Shown: positions 36,597 through 50,951, counted from the whole stretch's first letter. The stretch: DNA of 57,854 nucleotides, filler included, from Sphacelaria rigidula (GCA_964200075.2; 7 parts of 7 records of this genome joined end to end with filler, not necessarily neighbours in it), one strand, 5' to 3'. Notes: generated by a model from the letters alone, not told the origin. A program made the numbers and translations.

Positions 36597-37484
36597 ATAA
36601 ACGTGGTTGAATTGGTCGACGGCGATTGCGGCTCAGTAACCGACGACGAGAAGGATCCGCGGATAATCCAAGAATATCTGCAAAGTTTTGTTGATGGGGA
36701 AAAAATAATAATACAAGAGCGTGTCGCAAAATATTTATATATATATATATCGTGTTATTGTTGACTCGCTACACAGAAGCTTGTAGAGCACCGTCTTGCG
36801 AAGTATTACATGCCATATCGTCGGGTAGGTGGCCCCGGACTAAGACCTCCGAAAATTAGCGTGTGTGGAAGAAGACGTGTATCGTACCTCGACATTACAC
36901 ACAAAAAAACTTAACCCATTTGAACACCAGGGTGGGCCATCATCAATCAGACAAGTGGCGAACATTATCTATTGGAAAATAACTGGACCGCCCCGAAATT
37001 TCACCCCGGCGATCAAAGGAACGGTGCCCCACGCCTATCCGCGTCTCAAGCCACCCTCCGAGTGACTTTTGCTCATGCCAGTGATGCACATACTGGCACA
37101 ACTCAGTGTTATCACTTCTAGGAAGAAAAGTTGGATGGAGTTGTCCCTGGAAGTTAGATCAAATACATATATTCAATACACATCGTCCGCGATGAAGCTT
37201 GGGTATACTTCAATTGAAGATGCACAACACTCGATTCTCGATACATGTGAAGGGTGTACCCGATACGATGGTGGATACGACACGAGTCTTCAATCGTCGA
37301 TGTACCCTGCGTCACTGTTTAGCTGCCGTACACTCGAGACTCCCCACTCCCCCATCCTTCCCTCCTCGGGACGAGCTCATCATCTCTCTAGGGATCACCT
37401 ACCCATCCCTGTACCGGTGTGTACTTGCATTGCACTTTTTCATCATCCAGCATTGGATCAGCACTTCCACAGCCAGTTGACACT

Positions 37485-37695
37485 TGTAATGCGTGAGAAG
37501 ACCGCGTGCTTGAAGGACCGCGTCGGCGTTTGAATGTTCCTTTGGTTAGGGTTAGCGTTAGGGTTAGTGATAGGGTTAGGGTCAGGGGCGTGGTCCCTGC
37601 GGGGACTGGCCCGAATCGTTTTGAAAAACGTCGATCCTGAGGTGTTTCGAAGGACGATGCTGTCCTCTAAGCACACGGTCCCCTCACGCATTTCA
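37485..37695. mobile_element. MITE family A, third copy
   Basis: TGTAATGCGTGAG...CTCACGCATTTCA; internal ggttagggttagcgttagggttagtgatagggttaggg; TSD not preserved. Confidence 0.88.
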
Positions 37696-39675
37696 CGGTG
37701 ATCGAATGACATCATTCTCATCGAAACTCGTTCTCAAATTTAGTCGACAAAAAATCCAAAAATGCCATTACGTTCAGGATTCTGAGCTCGCAAATGCCAC
37801 TCAGACTAGTGTCATGGTCTACCTCGACCCCCCAGACGCGGTCGCAGTAATGTTCTTCAGTTTACGGATACCGCATATGGTATATGTATCATGGTTCATA
37901 CAGTTAGCAGAAGTGAGATGTTTCTGTTGCTTCGCGAGATCGATGCACGTTTCGATTTTCGATTCTATTTTTGTCCCTCCCGTAACATACACTCAAAATT
38001 TAGAAATTCCAAATGACCAACGGTTTACAAGACACAGGTGAGCTTACGCACTAGCCAGGTGTGCTTTACTTCAATTAACAGGCACCGGCAGGTGTGCTCT
38101 ACTTAGGCGAAGACATCTAGATGTCTAGATCTTCACAATTGGGACAACCTTGAATATTTTCTACAACGATCGCCATATACAGTACTACCTGCGTCGACTC
38201 CGACCATGCTGTTGTTGCTGGTTGGCCGCCAAGGGCAACGATGGCGACTGATCGTTGCTCGTAGCGGTATCCTCATAACCGTTGCTACCAATTTCAGCTC
38301 CACCCTGGCCAATGACCACAATGGATGAAGGTCGACGCTGAGATTTCTCAGCCTCCTTCATGGCGCTGAGTTCGTTCAGGTTTTGCCTATTTTCGAGAAA
38401 CGGAAAAAAACGGAAGATAAAAACATGAAAAATGCAGAACAACAGGGAAAAACAACGAGAGAATGTAGGGAATCTAATCAAGAAAAACGAAAGGGAAAAA
38501 ATCAAAATAAAAAACCAAGGAAAAATGAGAATAAATCACACAAATGCTCATCATTCTATCAACATCTGATGGAGTGGTCATAGTGCCAGAAATCCTCACA
38601 TGTCCCGCAAGTACCGCAGATTCCAGCTGTACACGTAGGGCACCGGTATGTTTCTGCTCTTACGAGTGGTGCTATTTGTTCTGTACCAGTATCATAGAAT
38701 TGCACTCATCTCCTCGCGACATGTATACAATTTTCATCTTCATTATATGCCCCCCCCCCCTCGCCTCCTTATGATGCTCCTTATTTTTGTATTTTTGTCG
38801 TACTTTCAACCAGCTCCGCCCTGCTCGGTCTCGAGAGGGATGCGTGGTCAATGGTCAAACGACTAAGGCAATCAACAAACGAGTACGCCGCCCCCACCCG
38901 CGGTGATATGACTATGGCATGCATGATCACGAGTACATCCCCCCCACACCCGCCCGCGCTCACGGCGAGTCGGTAGTCTCCAGAGATCGGCTGGTTTCTC
39001 CCCGTCACCCACTTGCCTTACATGCCATTCATCATCGAGCGTTACACCGGAACTCTCCAAACTCGTCTTTTTAGCTTCCTTCGGAAAAACAAACATCGCT
39101 TGTAGACTGCACTCTCCCCCGACCCAACCGCCGCCCGACGGACGATAGTTGTGTCGGGGTAAGCTAATCCCAACTACGCCACGACCAGCACGTGGGAGAG
39201 AGTGACATGACCTACAGACTACATTGTGTTGCGTGTCGGTGGTGATGCAACACAATCTAGGCAGTGGGCCATGCCGACAGCGCTGACCTCTAGGCTCAAT
39301 CTTGCAGCTGCAGATTGTTTACCCTGTACTGGAAGCCAAACTGAACCTCGCAGAGTTCTAACCAAACGGGTATCCGGAGTTGGGACACTACCATGGAACG
39401 CAGGTTGACGGAGATCAGACACGTGCGAGCGAGTGTCACGTTCGGCAGACTGGAGTTATCGGCCGATGCGCGCCGGGAAGGTTACACCCTCCCCGCGAGA
39501 CCAAACCGCAAGGCAAGTACCGTGACCGACGTGCCAACGAAACATCAGAGCGAAAACGAAAAGCCGCACGTGAAATATAAAGGCGAAACAGAAGAGACCG
39601 AAAAAGAGGGTAGAATAAAGACAGACGCGCGTCATGTCAATATAGAGGAGGCTAGAGCTACGTCGCGTAATGGGG

Positions 39676-40860
39676 AGCTCAAAGTGGCGACCTGCAACGT
39701 CCGTACACTGTCCCTCACGGGAAAAAACGGAGCTGACCATGCTGTGCTGGGTTGGTTCTGCAATATCGTCCAGCGGTGGGGTGTGACTCCATCGGACTGC
39801 AGGAGACAACAAGACCGGGCCGCGCCGAATTCGTTGCGGCGGAGCATCGTGTCTTCTGCTGCGAGGCAGAAGGAGGCAAGGGAAAGGCTGGACAACATGG
39901 GGTCTGGTTGGCGGTCAAGGAGGTGGTCGTTAATGACGCGACGTGGACTCAGGCACTTATCAGCGAACGCCTGATGTTGACGAGATTCAACCTCGCAGGG
40001 GAATCAAATATTGCCACGTTTGTAGTTGCCATGCACCTACAGACACATCAAAGTCAAAAGAAGAGACGTGTCCGAGACTGAGTTGGAAAACAAGGTGCAC
40101 CGAGTCCCCAGCAAACACCACCTATGTATTTTCATGGACGCTAACGCTAGGGCTGGGGTACGAACATGCGAGGAGAAATGTAAAAACATAGGGCATACGG
40201 CCGGGATTCCTGAACCAACGACAGGAATGGGACCTTTTTTAGTACAAAATTTGCAGGTGACAACAGGCTTGCCCTGGTCAGCACCTTTTGTTCGACCCCG
40301 AAGGGAAGCACATCGGTATGTACGTTCAACGGTACTGCGAATCGTTCCGCGGACAACAAACGCATTGCCTACATCTTCACACGGTAAGAGCACGGCAAGC
40401 TTGTTCGCAGTGTCACTGGCCACCTTCAAACACCCAACTCGCTGGACGCTGACCACATCATCGTATGCGCCTTCGTGCGGTTCCTTGGTCGCTTCGCACA
40501 CAACGGACCTAGGCAGATTCCAATGGGACGCAAAGCGATCGATGAGTGGGAAATAATATCTGACGCCGATAGACGTGAGAAACTCATCCATCTCATCATC
40601 AGCGAGCTCAACCAGGGCACACCTAGCGAAACAGGCAGTAGGCTGACTGCGAACTTTGCTGACGTACTGTCGAGTGCCGCTGAAAGGTTGGTACCCCGCC
40701 GTGATCCGAAAGCCACATACCAGCCTAATCAGTGGAAGATGAGAACGGTACTTCTCCACACTGCTGAACATCATATCGGCAACCACAGACTTCGTCGTCA
40801 TCGAGTACATCGCGCAACGATCGATAGCGCTGTCCCTTGGAGACCCACCAAGCCTAAGTG
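39676..40860 (+). mobile_element. Non-LTR retrotransposon (RTE-like) APE endonuclease pseudogene, truncated before RT
   Basis: Frameshifted APE motifs in order: LKVATCNVRTL, IGLQETTR, GQHGVWLAVK, ISERLM, TFVVA-APTD, IFMDANAR, NRLALVSTF, IAYIF, DHIIVCAFVR. Confidence 0.9.
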
Positions 40861-42101
40861 AAATTGAGAAGGCTCTCAGAGCTACGATATGTCGAACCTG
40901 CAAAGCGTTTGATGCCCGTTGCTTTCTAAAAAGAACGTTAAACCGTCAATTTCTGTTCTGTTCTGTACTGATTGCGGTATCCCCATGCCAGGAAAGTTCG
41001 GTATTGCTGTTTTACAGTATCTTCGGAGATGTGGACGGACCCAAAGCGGCCACTTTCCCTCAGACCGCAAGAGTCATTTTAGTCATGTTTATGTGATTGG
41101 AAAAACCAAACTGTTTTGTTTTTACAGATTGCTCTGCTTTGCATCGCGCTTCCGATTTTCTTTTTTCCTTTTCCTTTGTTTGACTATTTCTTATGTATCG
41201 AGAAATCTTACTTGTTAAAAAGTGTTTTTTGTCCCTTCTCCGTCGTTTTTGCCCCGAAAAGAGGGCTCAGCGGATGTTGACACCTTGGAATGACTTNNNN
41301 NNNNNNNNNNNNNNNNNNNNNNNNNNNNNNNNNNNNNNNNTTAATTAATTAANNNNNNNNNNNNNNNNNNNNNNNNNNNNNNNNNNNNNNNNNNNNAGAA
41401 AAAAAAAAAACAGATGAAAACTCACCAAAATCTACCAGTCAAAAGTCTCAGTCGAGGATGCCATGCTTCATATTGATGACACCATAAGATAACTCTGTAG
41501 CTTCACGATCAGGAGGCCCCGGGTTCGGATGTCGGCTTCCACCAACGCGACGACGAAAATAGTATCCAAAGTTAAACAGAAAACAATTTCTCGTAGAATT
41601 GGTGGGGGATGAGAAAACTGGTGGGCGACTAGCACGCAGAGTTCACAAACTCACGGGGAGGTATTCCGCGGAGATTGTTGACTATGCAAGCCGACTCACG
41701 CAGAAGGCACGTGAAGGAAAAGACAGAGGCACACAAATATCGTCATCGCTTGTCAGCGGAAAATATTATCTCTTGAAAAAAAGTTCTTTCGCCAAAGGTT
41801 GTACGAAGGGGTTCATCAAAGTGAGGGGAGGGGGGGGGGGGGGGGGGGGGGGATACCACCCACAAAAAAGGGGAAAAGAACAACAGNNNNNNNNNNAGGG
41901 GTATAGGGGGGAGAGGTGAGAAGGGGAGGGCAAAAAGGCGGGTGGGGGGGGGGGGGGGGGGGGTGACGTGGATACCACCCCATTAGAAGGGAAAAATCCC
42001 ACAAGCGTCCGTCGGGGAAATAATCTTTTCACACACACACACAAGCACACACAGGTTTGTCCGTGTTGCTTCTGTTTCTGCATGATCGGAATCTACCGCA
42101 G

Positions 42102-45100
42102 GGAACCAGTGCTCGTCAGCAGCGGCACAGACAACTGCATCAAGATGTGGGTGTTCGATGCCCCAGACGGCACGGCTAGGTTACTGCGGAGTAGGGAAGG
42201 CCACCAAGCTCCACCACGATCAATCCGCTATTACGGCAACACTACGCTCGCCACTATGGCAGAGGGGGCTGGTGAGTCTTGAGGCATGCGTTCCAAAAGA
42301 GGGTTTAGGTTGAGCTTCATGGGACAGTCCTGAAGCGCCAAGAGGGTACGTTGCTGACGAAAGGTACCTAATTGGTGGCCCTGAAAATCCCACCTCAGGT
42401 TCTTTATTTTGTACCAATGTTCTCCTCGCCGTCAATGGCCGAAGATTACGTTTTGATAGGTGTAACATAGATGGCTGCCTTACGCTACCGCCTGTGACCC
42501 ATCCCGACGACTGATGGAGTAATGTGGAGTCGATGAAGGGGTGTGGGGTTGTGGCATAGTAGATTGCCTGGTATACGCCTTCTCAGCAGTCTACAATAGT
42601 TCTTCGGCTTGCACGTAGGAAACCCGCCGCGGAAGTGAAGAGCCTGTGTTCATGTGTTGGGCAGATATTGCTTTCTGTATGCGCTCTCATGTCAGCAATG
42701 ACAGTGCGACTTGCTGGTGGAGTTGGAGATTCCTCACATTGCCGGGAAGGGAAGGGTTGTAATCGCTTGCTTCTTGGAACACGTACCGTGCAACATGTTC
42801 GCTGCAGATGCAACTGCTCTATGCGTACTGTCGGCGGGAACCGACCGGACTTTCCGAGTTTTCCACACCGTCAGAGATTGCCTCAGCCAGGAGCTCTCTC
42901 AGAAGCCTCTAGTCAAGGTAACACCGCAGTGCTGTACGAGTAGTAAGTGGGGAAGGTGGTGTGATACTGAGTAGGTACGTTGGTTGGAAGAGGTGGGGAT
43001 CTGTCGTATGCGAAGTGGTGGGTCGATGGGTAACGGTCGGTTCGTCTGACAGAGTGCGAATTCTGGGAATACAGTAGATTTTCGAGTGAGGTCAGTGTGC
43101 TCTTGAGCTGTGTGATCCCGTGTCTCGTCCGTGTGCGTGTTTCTTGTAACGCGTGCTGCAACTAAATAATAACATTCAAACTCATTTGAAATTGACCATA
43201 GTACGCGTACGTTCAAAGAATGATGACAAAGGCATGGGTGAAGAAAGTATTGGTATGTTGGTACCGCTGCCGATTAGTGTGTCTGAACAATTCACACGTT
43301 GGACGATGACAATATATGGTCAATAGTTGCAATGCACGAAAAATATACCGCGCCAATTATAGGCCTGGTACAACTTATCTCGTGGACAATGTAAAGTGGT
43401 CAAGATGATTCCCGAGTGTCTGGTGTGACTGGCACTGGCACTGCCGCTGCAGGTGGCCAACCGACACCGAGTCACGACTCAAGACGACTTCAAGCTGAGG
43501 CCTGTGCTGTCCTTCGCCGCAAGCGAGACACGGGCAAGAGACTGGTGCAACATCGTTACTTGGTGAGAGGAGCTACTGCAGTGACGTTGTCGTGAGGCGA
43601 CAAAAATCTTGAAATGTAATCATGTCCTGGACGTAAATTACGATGTCAAAAAGTGTACTGCGTACAGTATCGACTAGCATGTCTATTGCAATACAAAAAT
43701 ACATTCTATACTGGCAATAGACATACTGATCGACACCGTACGCAGTGCATTTTTGAAAGTGCAGTGTATTGTCATTATCCAGGGTGTGAATGTAACGCAC
43801 CATTCAGGGTATGAATGTATTGTCATAATTCAGGGTGTGAATGTATTGCCATCATCCAGGGTGTGAATACACTGCCTCTCTGTGTATTTGTTTTGCTCAT
43901 TTTATGCGTCAGTATCTACGTGGGTGTACTAAACACGAGTGGTTTGTGGTCATCGCATAATAGTACCTCGACCTAGGCGACCATCCTTCAACGGCGAAGC
44001 GGTCATGCCTGCAGTGGTGCACACGTGCTCGATACACACGAGCTTCATGCGTGGGACAAACTGCCTCGCTTCGTTCGTATTGACGGCATTCGATCGGCTT
44101 TTGATGTTCCTTTGTCTTTTAGCCCCTTCATAGTCGTGGTCGCGTGCTTTGCCGCTTTGTTTCCCGTGTTGGGATTCTGTTCTCGCGTGTCTCGTTCAAG
44201 TTTTTTCCCACCTCTCTTGTACAGGTATGCATGTCGTGTGTACGGTTCGGGGTTTGAGGCTTGGAGCTTGCACCCCTATATTTTTTCATGCTCTGCATGT
44301 GCGGAAAAGATCAGGTCTCGGTGTTTGGAACGCTTCCTTGCTTGTTTGTTTGGATGCTTGCGCGCTCTGTTGGGTAAAGTTGGTGTTTGTCTGTTGCCCT
44401 TTTTCCTTCGTGTCTCGTGATATTGGCTGTCTCTGGGTGTCTGAGTGATCTGTTCATGTCATTGCTTCCCTGTACGCTCGTAACTGCTTGCATTTTGTAA
44501 CTGATATATGTACTCTCCTGTTTGATGAATGTGCTGCTGTCGCATGTCGATGCGTTCTTGATGCTTGTTTTTTATTCAATAGAGTACCGTACTACGCTTC
44601 GCGTCGTGGAGGTTTTTGTGTGGTTTGTACCAGCTTCTTGATCCATGTTTTCGGCTGTCTATCGAATGTGTTCCCACGCCATCAATATTTCTGTTGTCTG
44701 CCTCGTCAGTCACGAGGACGACAGCAACTGCTACGTTTGGAGCTACGCTCGACGAGCCATCGGGACGCACGTTTTGAGACAGAAGCACTGGCCGGGCAAC
44801 GCCATGATGCATCCTCCCGACCCCAACACCTTCGCCACATGCGTGGCCATTAGGTAGGCCACCTATTGAGAAGGGCGTTCTGTCATCATTGCCCACCCTG
44901 GACGATAATTTGCATAGCGCAAACAGTGTAGTGGGTAGACTCCCGAATCTGACGTGCAATATACAAAAGATTCGACACTGCACGCAATACGGTTTTAGGT
45001 GATACTATCCATCGTCCAGGATGCGCATCGTTGACAAATGACCCAATTTGTCTTTTTTTTGTTAGTGAGCTGTTCACAACGCGGTTCGCTCGCGCTTTTT

Positions 45101-48100
45101 GCACGCCCTTGATCGCAGTGTATGCGATTAGGGCTCAACCCCTGCTGTGCATGAAGGTGGTCGCGCCGCACGCATTGAAAATTGTTGGTGGTGTGTCTCG
45201 TTTTCGTGTCGGCTGATAAGGGTACTTTTGGTCATGACATGCACACCTGCCTCGCTGTTGCGCAAACGTGTATCTTGGTCGCGATCTGTGCGTACGCATT
45301 ATCTTGGTGTGTGGGTGTTTGCTGTCGAGACTCGCGTCCACAGTCCGCGTGCCTTTTTTTTTCCAGGTCTGCACCAAATCGTTTCGTGTGCCGTTTCGTG
45401 TGCCGAAGTAGTTTAAATTTAGTGCTTCTTTTTTGTTCTCAAATGTCGGCACCGACGAATGTTGTGTCCACCGGTGTTGAAGCGTGATGCGCACACATGC
45501 GTTCGGTCAGGGCGTGAAAAGGTTTAGTATGCTTGTACGCAACTTGTCTACTCATATTGCTGTCTCTTTATTGACATCTCTGACGATATCCATGTGTTTC
45601 TGTCCCTTTTCGTCTCCTGCTCATGTCGCGTGCAATGGCTTTTTTATACGGCCATACAGCGGGTGCGGAAACTACGCTCTGGTGGGCACGAGAGGGGGGC
45701 ACGTGTTCCGCTACAACATGCAGTCAGGGGAACCTCGTGGATCATACCCGCAGTCAGCCACACCTACCGCTAAGGAAGTGAAGACGCTGGCTAATGTGAT
45801 GAAGCCCGGTTCCATCGCGAAGATATCGGAAGACGGCTACTCCAGCAAGCAGATAGGTGTGCACGGGCGTGTGTGTGTGTGGTGGGGCACGGACTGAAGT
45901 GCGAAGTGGTGGACTGTCTTGCAAATGTGTACGGCAGTGGATGCGTGTGCTTTGTTTGCTATTAATAGCAGGTTTTGTGTTTCGGGCACTTGTTGACTTG
46001 TTTGACAATGGGTAGCTGGTCTCGCCTTGTCAACCATTGGTGCCACGGGTGAGTTGAACGGCTCCTGTCCGGTATGGTTGTGTACGTGCAAAAAATATGT
46101 GCAATGTAAGTTTTTCGCACTACATGCGCGCGTGTGTGCGTCTGTTGAGTGTCGAATATTGTATGGTTTTCCCTTGAGGATGGACGGCCTTTGTAGTGGC
46201 AACCTCGCTTCGAGGTTCGTCATTTCGGCAGTTGATACTCGTAAATTATGGCGCTGCTACAACACGCGTGGACACACCAAGAGAAGCGATGTCCGAACAC
46301 CAAGCCCATTGCACTGTGCTGCAGCTTTCTTTGAGCAAATGGTCCTGCCCGATTATTGAAGCAATCATACATACCCTTCACTCCCCAATTCTTCCAACCA
46401 AGGATTCAACAATATTCAACCAGCCAACCGCTTCAAACCTTTAACCGGTAATCCTCCCGCAACAAGCTCCAACATCTGACAAGAAAACTCTTCGAACTAC
46501 CCTCTACCCTCATGCGCACAGCCGCCGCCAAGGCAAGGGCAGCCGCGGCGGCCATCGCGGGCGGCAAAGGTAAGGGCGGGGCCGGCTGGAGCGGACACTC
46601 TGGCGCTGTTACCGGTGTGGGCGTGGATGCTGTCAACCAGACCATGGTGTCTGCTGGAGTCGATGGGCTGCTGGTGTTTTGGGCTTTCAGGGAGAAGCGG
46701 GCAAATGGGGGGGTGGCTGTTGGGTCTGGTGTGTCCCAGCTTGAGCTGGTGAGAGGAGCAAGCTTTCATCCGAAGTACACCCCAAGCCTGACTCGAACCC
46801 ACTGTACCTGACCCTGACTGCAGCTATGGGTGTATACCTATAACGTAACTCCAGCCCTCGCTCCGACCAAGAGATCTCCGGCGTTTGAAAAAGTACAAGG
46901 AGTGTGTGTATGCCGCTTGCAGGTTTCGGGGTACTAAGTGCGTGCGTTGTGCGTGTCTGTTGAGGCCTCGCTGAGCTCGTTGGTAATAAATGTGCGTGTG
47001 TATGATCGTTTTTTTGTGTTGACGGTATGAGGCTGCCTCAAGTCTGCTTGTTTTTTGTTTGTATTATTACGTGCACACAGGTGCGTGATACGGATTTGGT
47101 GGCTCTGGCGTGCGATGACAAGGTTGTTCGGCTGTACGACCTCGCTACCCGGAAACTGGTTCGACACCTTGCGGGGCACAGCAATCATCTGACGGACATG
47201 ACCTTCACACCTGACGCCAGGCGACTTATCACGTCGTCCATGGACCACACCGTGCGGTAAGGTGTTGAACAAGAATACCTGCTTCGCACTGTACTGTCCT
47301 CGAGTCCATGAGAGATATCGTTACCCCGTGAAGCCGTTTTTGTGGAGATGCGCGTATCGAACGGGATTTGTCGGATCTAGCCCTTAACTCTAGTCTTATC
47401 CTCTCGAACACTCACATCTAAACGGTGGTGGTTTCTCCACAGACGGCAGGGTATGCTGTGACAAAATAAACAGGAGGACATGTATTGCAAGCGCAACCGC
47501 AATGTGTATCTCTCCAGTTTCAATACGTGACACCTATGCGTGTGTGGCACGGCAGGATATGGGACCTTCCAACTGGAAGGTGCGTGGATTGGATGTGGTT
47601 CAAGAAGGCCGTTACTGGAGTAACCGTATCGCCCACCGGAGAGTTCATGTGCACCAGCCATCATGGAAGGGTGGGCCTCAGCGTCTGGGCCGACCAGAGG
47701 TATTGCATGCAGGATATTGGCGTTACGACGCATGTGATACGGACATGGAAATGCGTATTGGGGATGACTCGTCAGGCGTCATGGGAAACTGCATGGCGTA
47801 GTCCAGATGCGAGTTTAAAATATGCAGTATACTCGGATTCAACCCCAGAGTAAGAGTTACAACCGAATTGTTTACGCAATTTGTGGGTAGTTTATAGCGC
47901 GAACAATACCGCATCGAACAGTGACAGGATGTGGATGTGTAGGATGTGGCCGCTGCGGCTCGCCCCTCGCAACAACTTGCTTTGCTTTGTGCTCTGATCG
48001 ATGGATCGATCGCGGCATATTTGCGTGTTCCAATGACTTTGTTGTTCTGCTCTCAAATGGATACGGACCGCTGTGTTGTCTTTGTTTCTATTTTGCAGCT

Positions 48101-49131
48101 TTTTCCAGCCGGTGTACCTGGACAAGGTGCCGGCGCAACCGTTCAAGATGGATGAGCCAGCACCTCTCATCGAAGACAGGTGAGTAAAGCCACACACATA
48201 CTACATACTACGTCTCCTTGGATTCCCGTTGCAATGTAGAGTCGCTGTGAAGCAGGTCTCTCGCTGCAGTTTTCACCCTGTCGAAGAGAAAAACAGACAA
48301 GCGCCACAATTCAAACAGTCATCATTTAGCATCTACACAACCCGACAGAAAAGTACACCAGTTACACAGTATGCAGTATGTTGGCAGTAGCCAATATGGC
48401 CTTCGAGCACCTGCTTGACCAGTACTACCGAAAGTAGTCTTCCCACAATGCGCCCTTTTTCGTGGTTTGTGTCTCACCTCCCGCTTCACTTGGGAGGAGG
48501 ACTCTTAGGCCGTCGTGGCCACCGTCGACCCTTGAAGCTTTACCATCTCTTCGAACGTCGTTTCCCCCTATAACTGCAAGTTCAGTCATCCCTCAATACC
48601 GCCCAGTGAGAACTGTGTTTTTGTGATATCTTGAGACTATCGTAAAATAACCCCCCGACGAATTGTTAACGTTTGTGCTGTGCAGTGGTGCATTGGAAGC
48701 GGACAAGACAGCCTCTGAGCACTTGCACGGGGAGTACCACCAAGATAAGCGAGCACTTCGGGGGGCACGAGCCTCAACCTCCACCTCCGCAATGGACAAC
48801 GACAATAGTGAACACGAAGACCGCTGGGAAGAAGCTTGTTCAGAAACTTCCGAGGAGCACCCTGAAGATGATGAGAAACGGTCTAGCAGGGGGGAACGCA
48901 GGAGAAGGAAGAGAGCCATAACGCTCAGCTCGCTGCCTCGTGGCTACTGGGCTACTCTGTTCAACCTGGAGGTCGTGAAGGCCAGGAATCGGCCGATTGA
49001 GCCCCCTAAGAAACCTCCGGCGGCGCCGTTTTTCCTGGCTACTGTGCATAAGGGGGGCGACGTTGCGCCTTCTTTCCCGGAGGTTGGTACTGCTGCTGCC
49101 ACCGTGGCTGCCGCCGGAAAGAGGCCAGAAG
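42102..49131 (+). CDS. UTP21: U3 snoRNP/SSU processome WD40 protein Utp21/WDR36, partial (10 exons)
   Basis: Exons 42102-42271, 42808-42917, 43453-43562, 44710-44853, 45660-45856, 46522-46748, 47081-47256, 47556-47699, 48099-48179 and 48686-49131 (or to 49082); all AG/GT with matching phases. Motifs: EPVLVSSGTDNCIKMWVFDAPDGTARLLRSREGH, SQELSQ, CGNYALVG, YNMQSG, WDLPTGRCVD, and the Utp21 C-terminal ITLSSLP...NLEVVKARNRPIEPPKKPPAAPFFL. Confidence 0.95.
43646..43870. repeat. Intronic hairpin (43646-43756) followed by four ~25-bp tandem units
   Basis: 44-bp arms tcaaaaagtgtactgcgtac...tctattgc / gcaataga...gtacgcagtgcatttttga; then tgtattgtcattatccagggtgtgaa-like units. Confidence 0.75.
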
Positions 49132-49490
49132 GTGAAACATGTTCGATGAAAGTGTTGAGAATCATGCAGTTCATGAGTTGGAGTGTGAAATGTGTTGTGT
49201 CCTGCTATGGATCCAAGGGCTTTTAAGGTGCGTTCCTGTTTTGTTTGTTTGGCATGTATGTATATCACTTGGTACCTACAGCGTTTGTGAGCACCCGGTG
49301 TATGCTTGCATGGAATACATGAGCCGTATGCTGCGTGGCGGTTGGTTGTGGCTATACATGATTTATTGCTTTTGGGTTCGTGGTTTGTGTCTCATCTCTC
49401 CCGCTTCACGGGGGAGGAGAACTCACCGGCCGTCGTGGCCACCGTCGACCTTTGAAGCTTTACCATATCTTCAAACGTCGTCTCCCCCTA
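48479..49490 (+). repeat. Two copies of a ~92-bp repeat in adjacent UTP21 introns (48479-48570, 49398-49490)
   Basis: ctcccgcttcac...ggccgtcgtggccaccgtcgacc.ttgaagctttaccat occurs in both. Confidence 0.85.
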
Positions 49491-50951
49491 GCAAGTGCAG
49501 CTTGTGGGTTCAGGGTAGAGAAAACATGGATGTAGGTTATGTAGGGGCGGGGGGGGGGGGCGTTCTCATGTGTTGNNNNNNNNNNNNNNNNNNNNNNNNN
49601 NNNNNNNNNNNNNNNNNNNTTAATTAATTAANNNNNNNNNNNNNNNNNNNNNNNNNNNNNNNNNNNNNNNNNNNNTTTCTCGCATACGTGGCTGCGTATA
49701 CTTTTGTGCCCCCCCCCCTCCCCACGTACGCCTTCCCCCCCCCCAACTCTCCCCCCCCCCCCCCCCCCCCCCCCCTTTCCCCCTCTCCCCACCTGCAGGA
49801 TACGGGTTAGGTACAAGAGTAGGGAAACGAATCAGGGTTCAAATCACAGCCTTGTGCAGAAGGGGTTGGTAAAGTCATGGTGGAGTTTGTGCGAGAATAT
49901 TATGTGTGTGAAAAATGTCAGTGCGTTGCGCACTGAACTATTGAACGTTTGACGACAGGTACCGATACATTATACACTACCTTGTTGTAGGGAATTCACA
50001 TCAGCCGCAGCGTCTGCCTCCTTCTCCCCTGAAAAGCACAGGTCTAGCAAATGGTACCATAGGTAGCAATTTCGAACTCGACGCAAGGCATCACTAGTCT
50101 TCTGCTGAATTACAGCAACATGGTGCTATAGTCAGCGATTCGAAACTCTCGATTTGTGGTATTAATAGTCTTAGTCTTCTACTCGAGTACCGCAACATTT
50201 TTCTCAAGGCCGCCCGCGAAATGGTAAAGGAGCAGCCTGAAGTAGCGCAGGCATGAGTCACAGAAGGTTAGTCGCAAGTCCGTGGTGAGAATTTGGACAG
50301 GAAGAAACTTGCAAAAAACGAGCAGTTGATATCGGGCCCAACACCAGGTGCAATTAAACCTGTTTGTTGTCGAAATCTTGCATCGAGCTTGTCCACAATT
50401 TGTCATTAACTCGACCGACTCGACGCCTTTTGTTTTCATCTTCGTATTTCATCAAACCGGGGCGTTGGCATCTTCGCCCGGTGTAACCCCCCGTCAATTT
50501 GGGGCTTGTAGAGGGCATTTAGTATTCAAACTAGAGCATGATTTTCGTTTTTGGTCAATTGGTACCCACAGTTATATATCTGCACGTAAAACAGAAGGTG
50601 AAATCAAAATGAAGTAATTCAATGTGAGGATCACGTGCGGGGAAATGCTTTGCACAATCTTGGATTGATGGGTGAAATGGGTAATAACGTCCGTCCCACC
50701 CCCACCCCCCCCCCCGCAAAGCCTGCCCCGAAATCCTATGAGGGGGTCGGGTGGTACAGGGGTTAGATTTTCATTTGAATTTTCGTTTGTGCCCATGCAC
50801 TTTAGAAGGAGCTAAATGTTCTGTCATCACTTGCGTTCGAATTTGTCGCCGAGAGACCTACTCGCTAATCCCCTCTCCCGACCCCGCGACTCCATACCCT
50901 TACAGCATCCAGTGGAGCGCATTCCCTCGGATCACGTGGTTTCCGCTCCAG

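Noticed and set aside
9000..37580. True telomeres or chromosome fusion sites at the TTAGGG-like tracts
   Set aside because: The tracts are short and degenerate, and most lie inside TIR-bounded elements.
40037..40903. 288-aa minus-strand ORF
   Set aside because: Antisense shadow of the LINE endonuclease pseudogene.
8181..49675. Regular ~8.28-kb periodic TTAATTAATTAA motif, and apparent gene neighbourhoods such as UTP21 next to VPS13
   Set aside because: These are artificial linkers between size-sorted contigs, so adjacency has no biological meaning.
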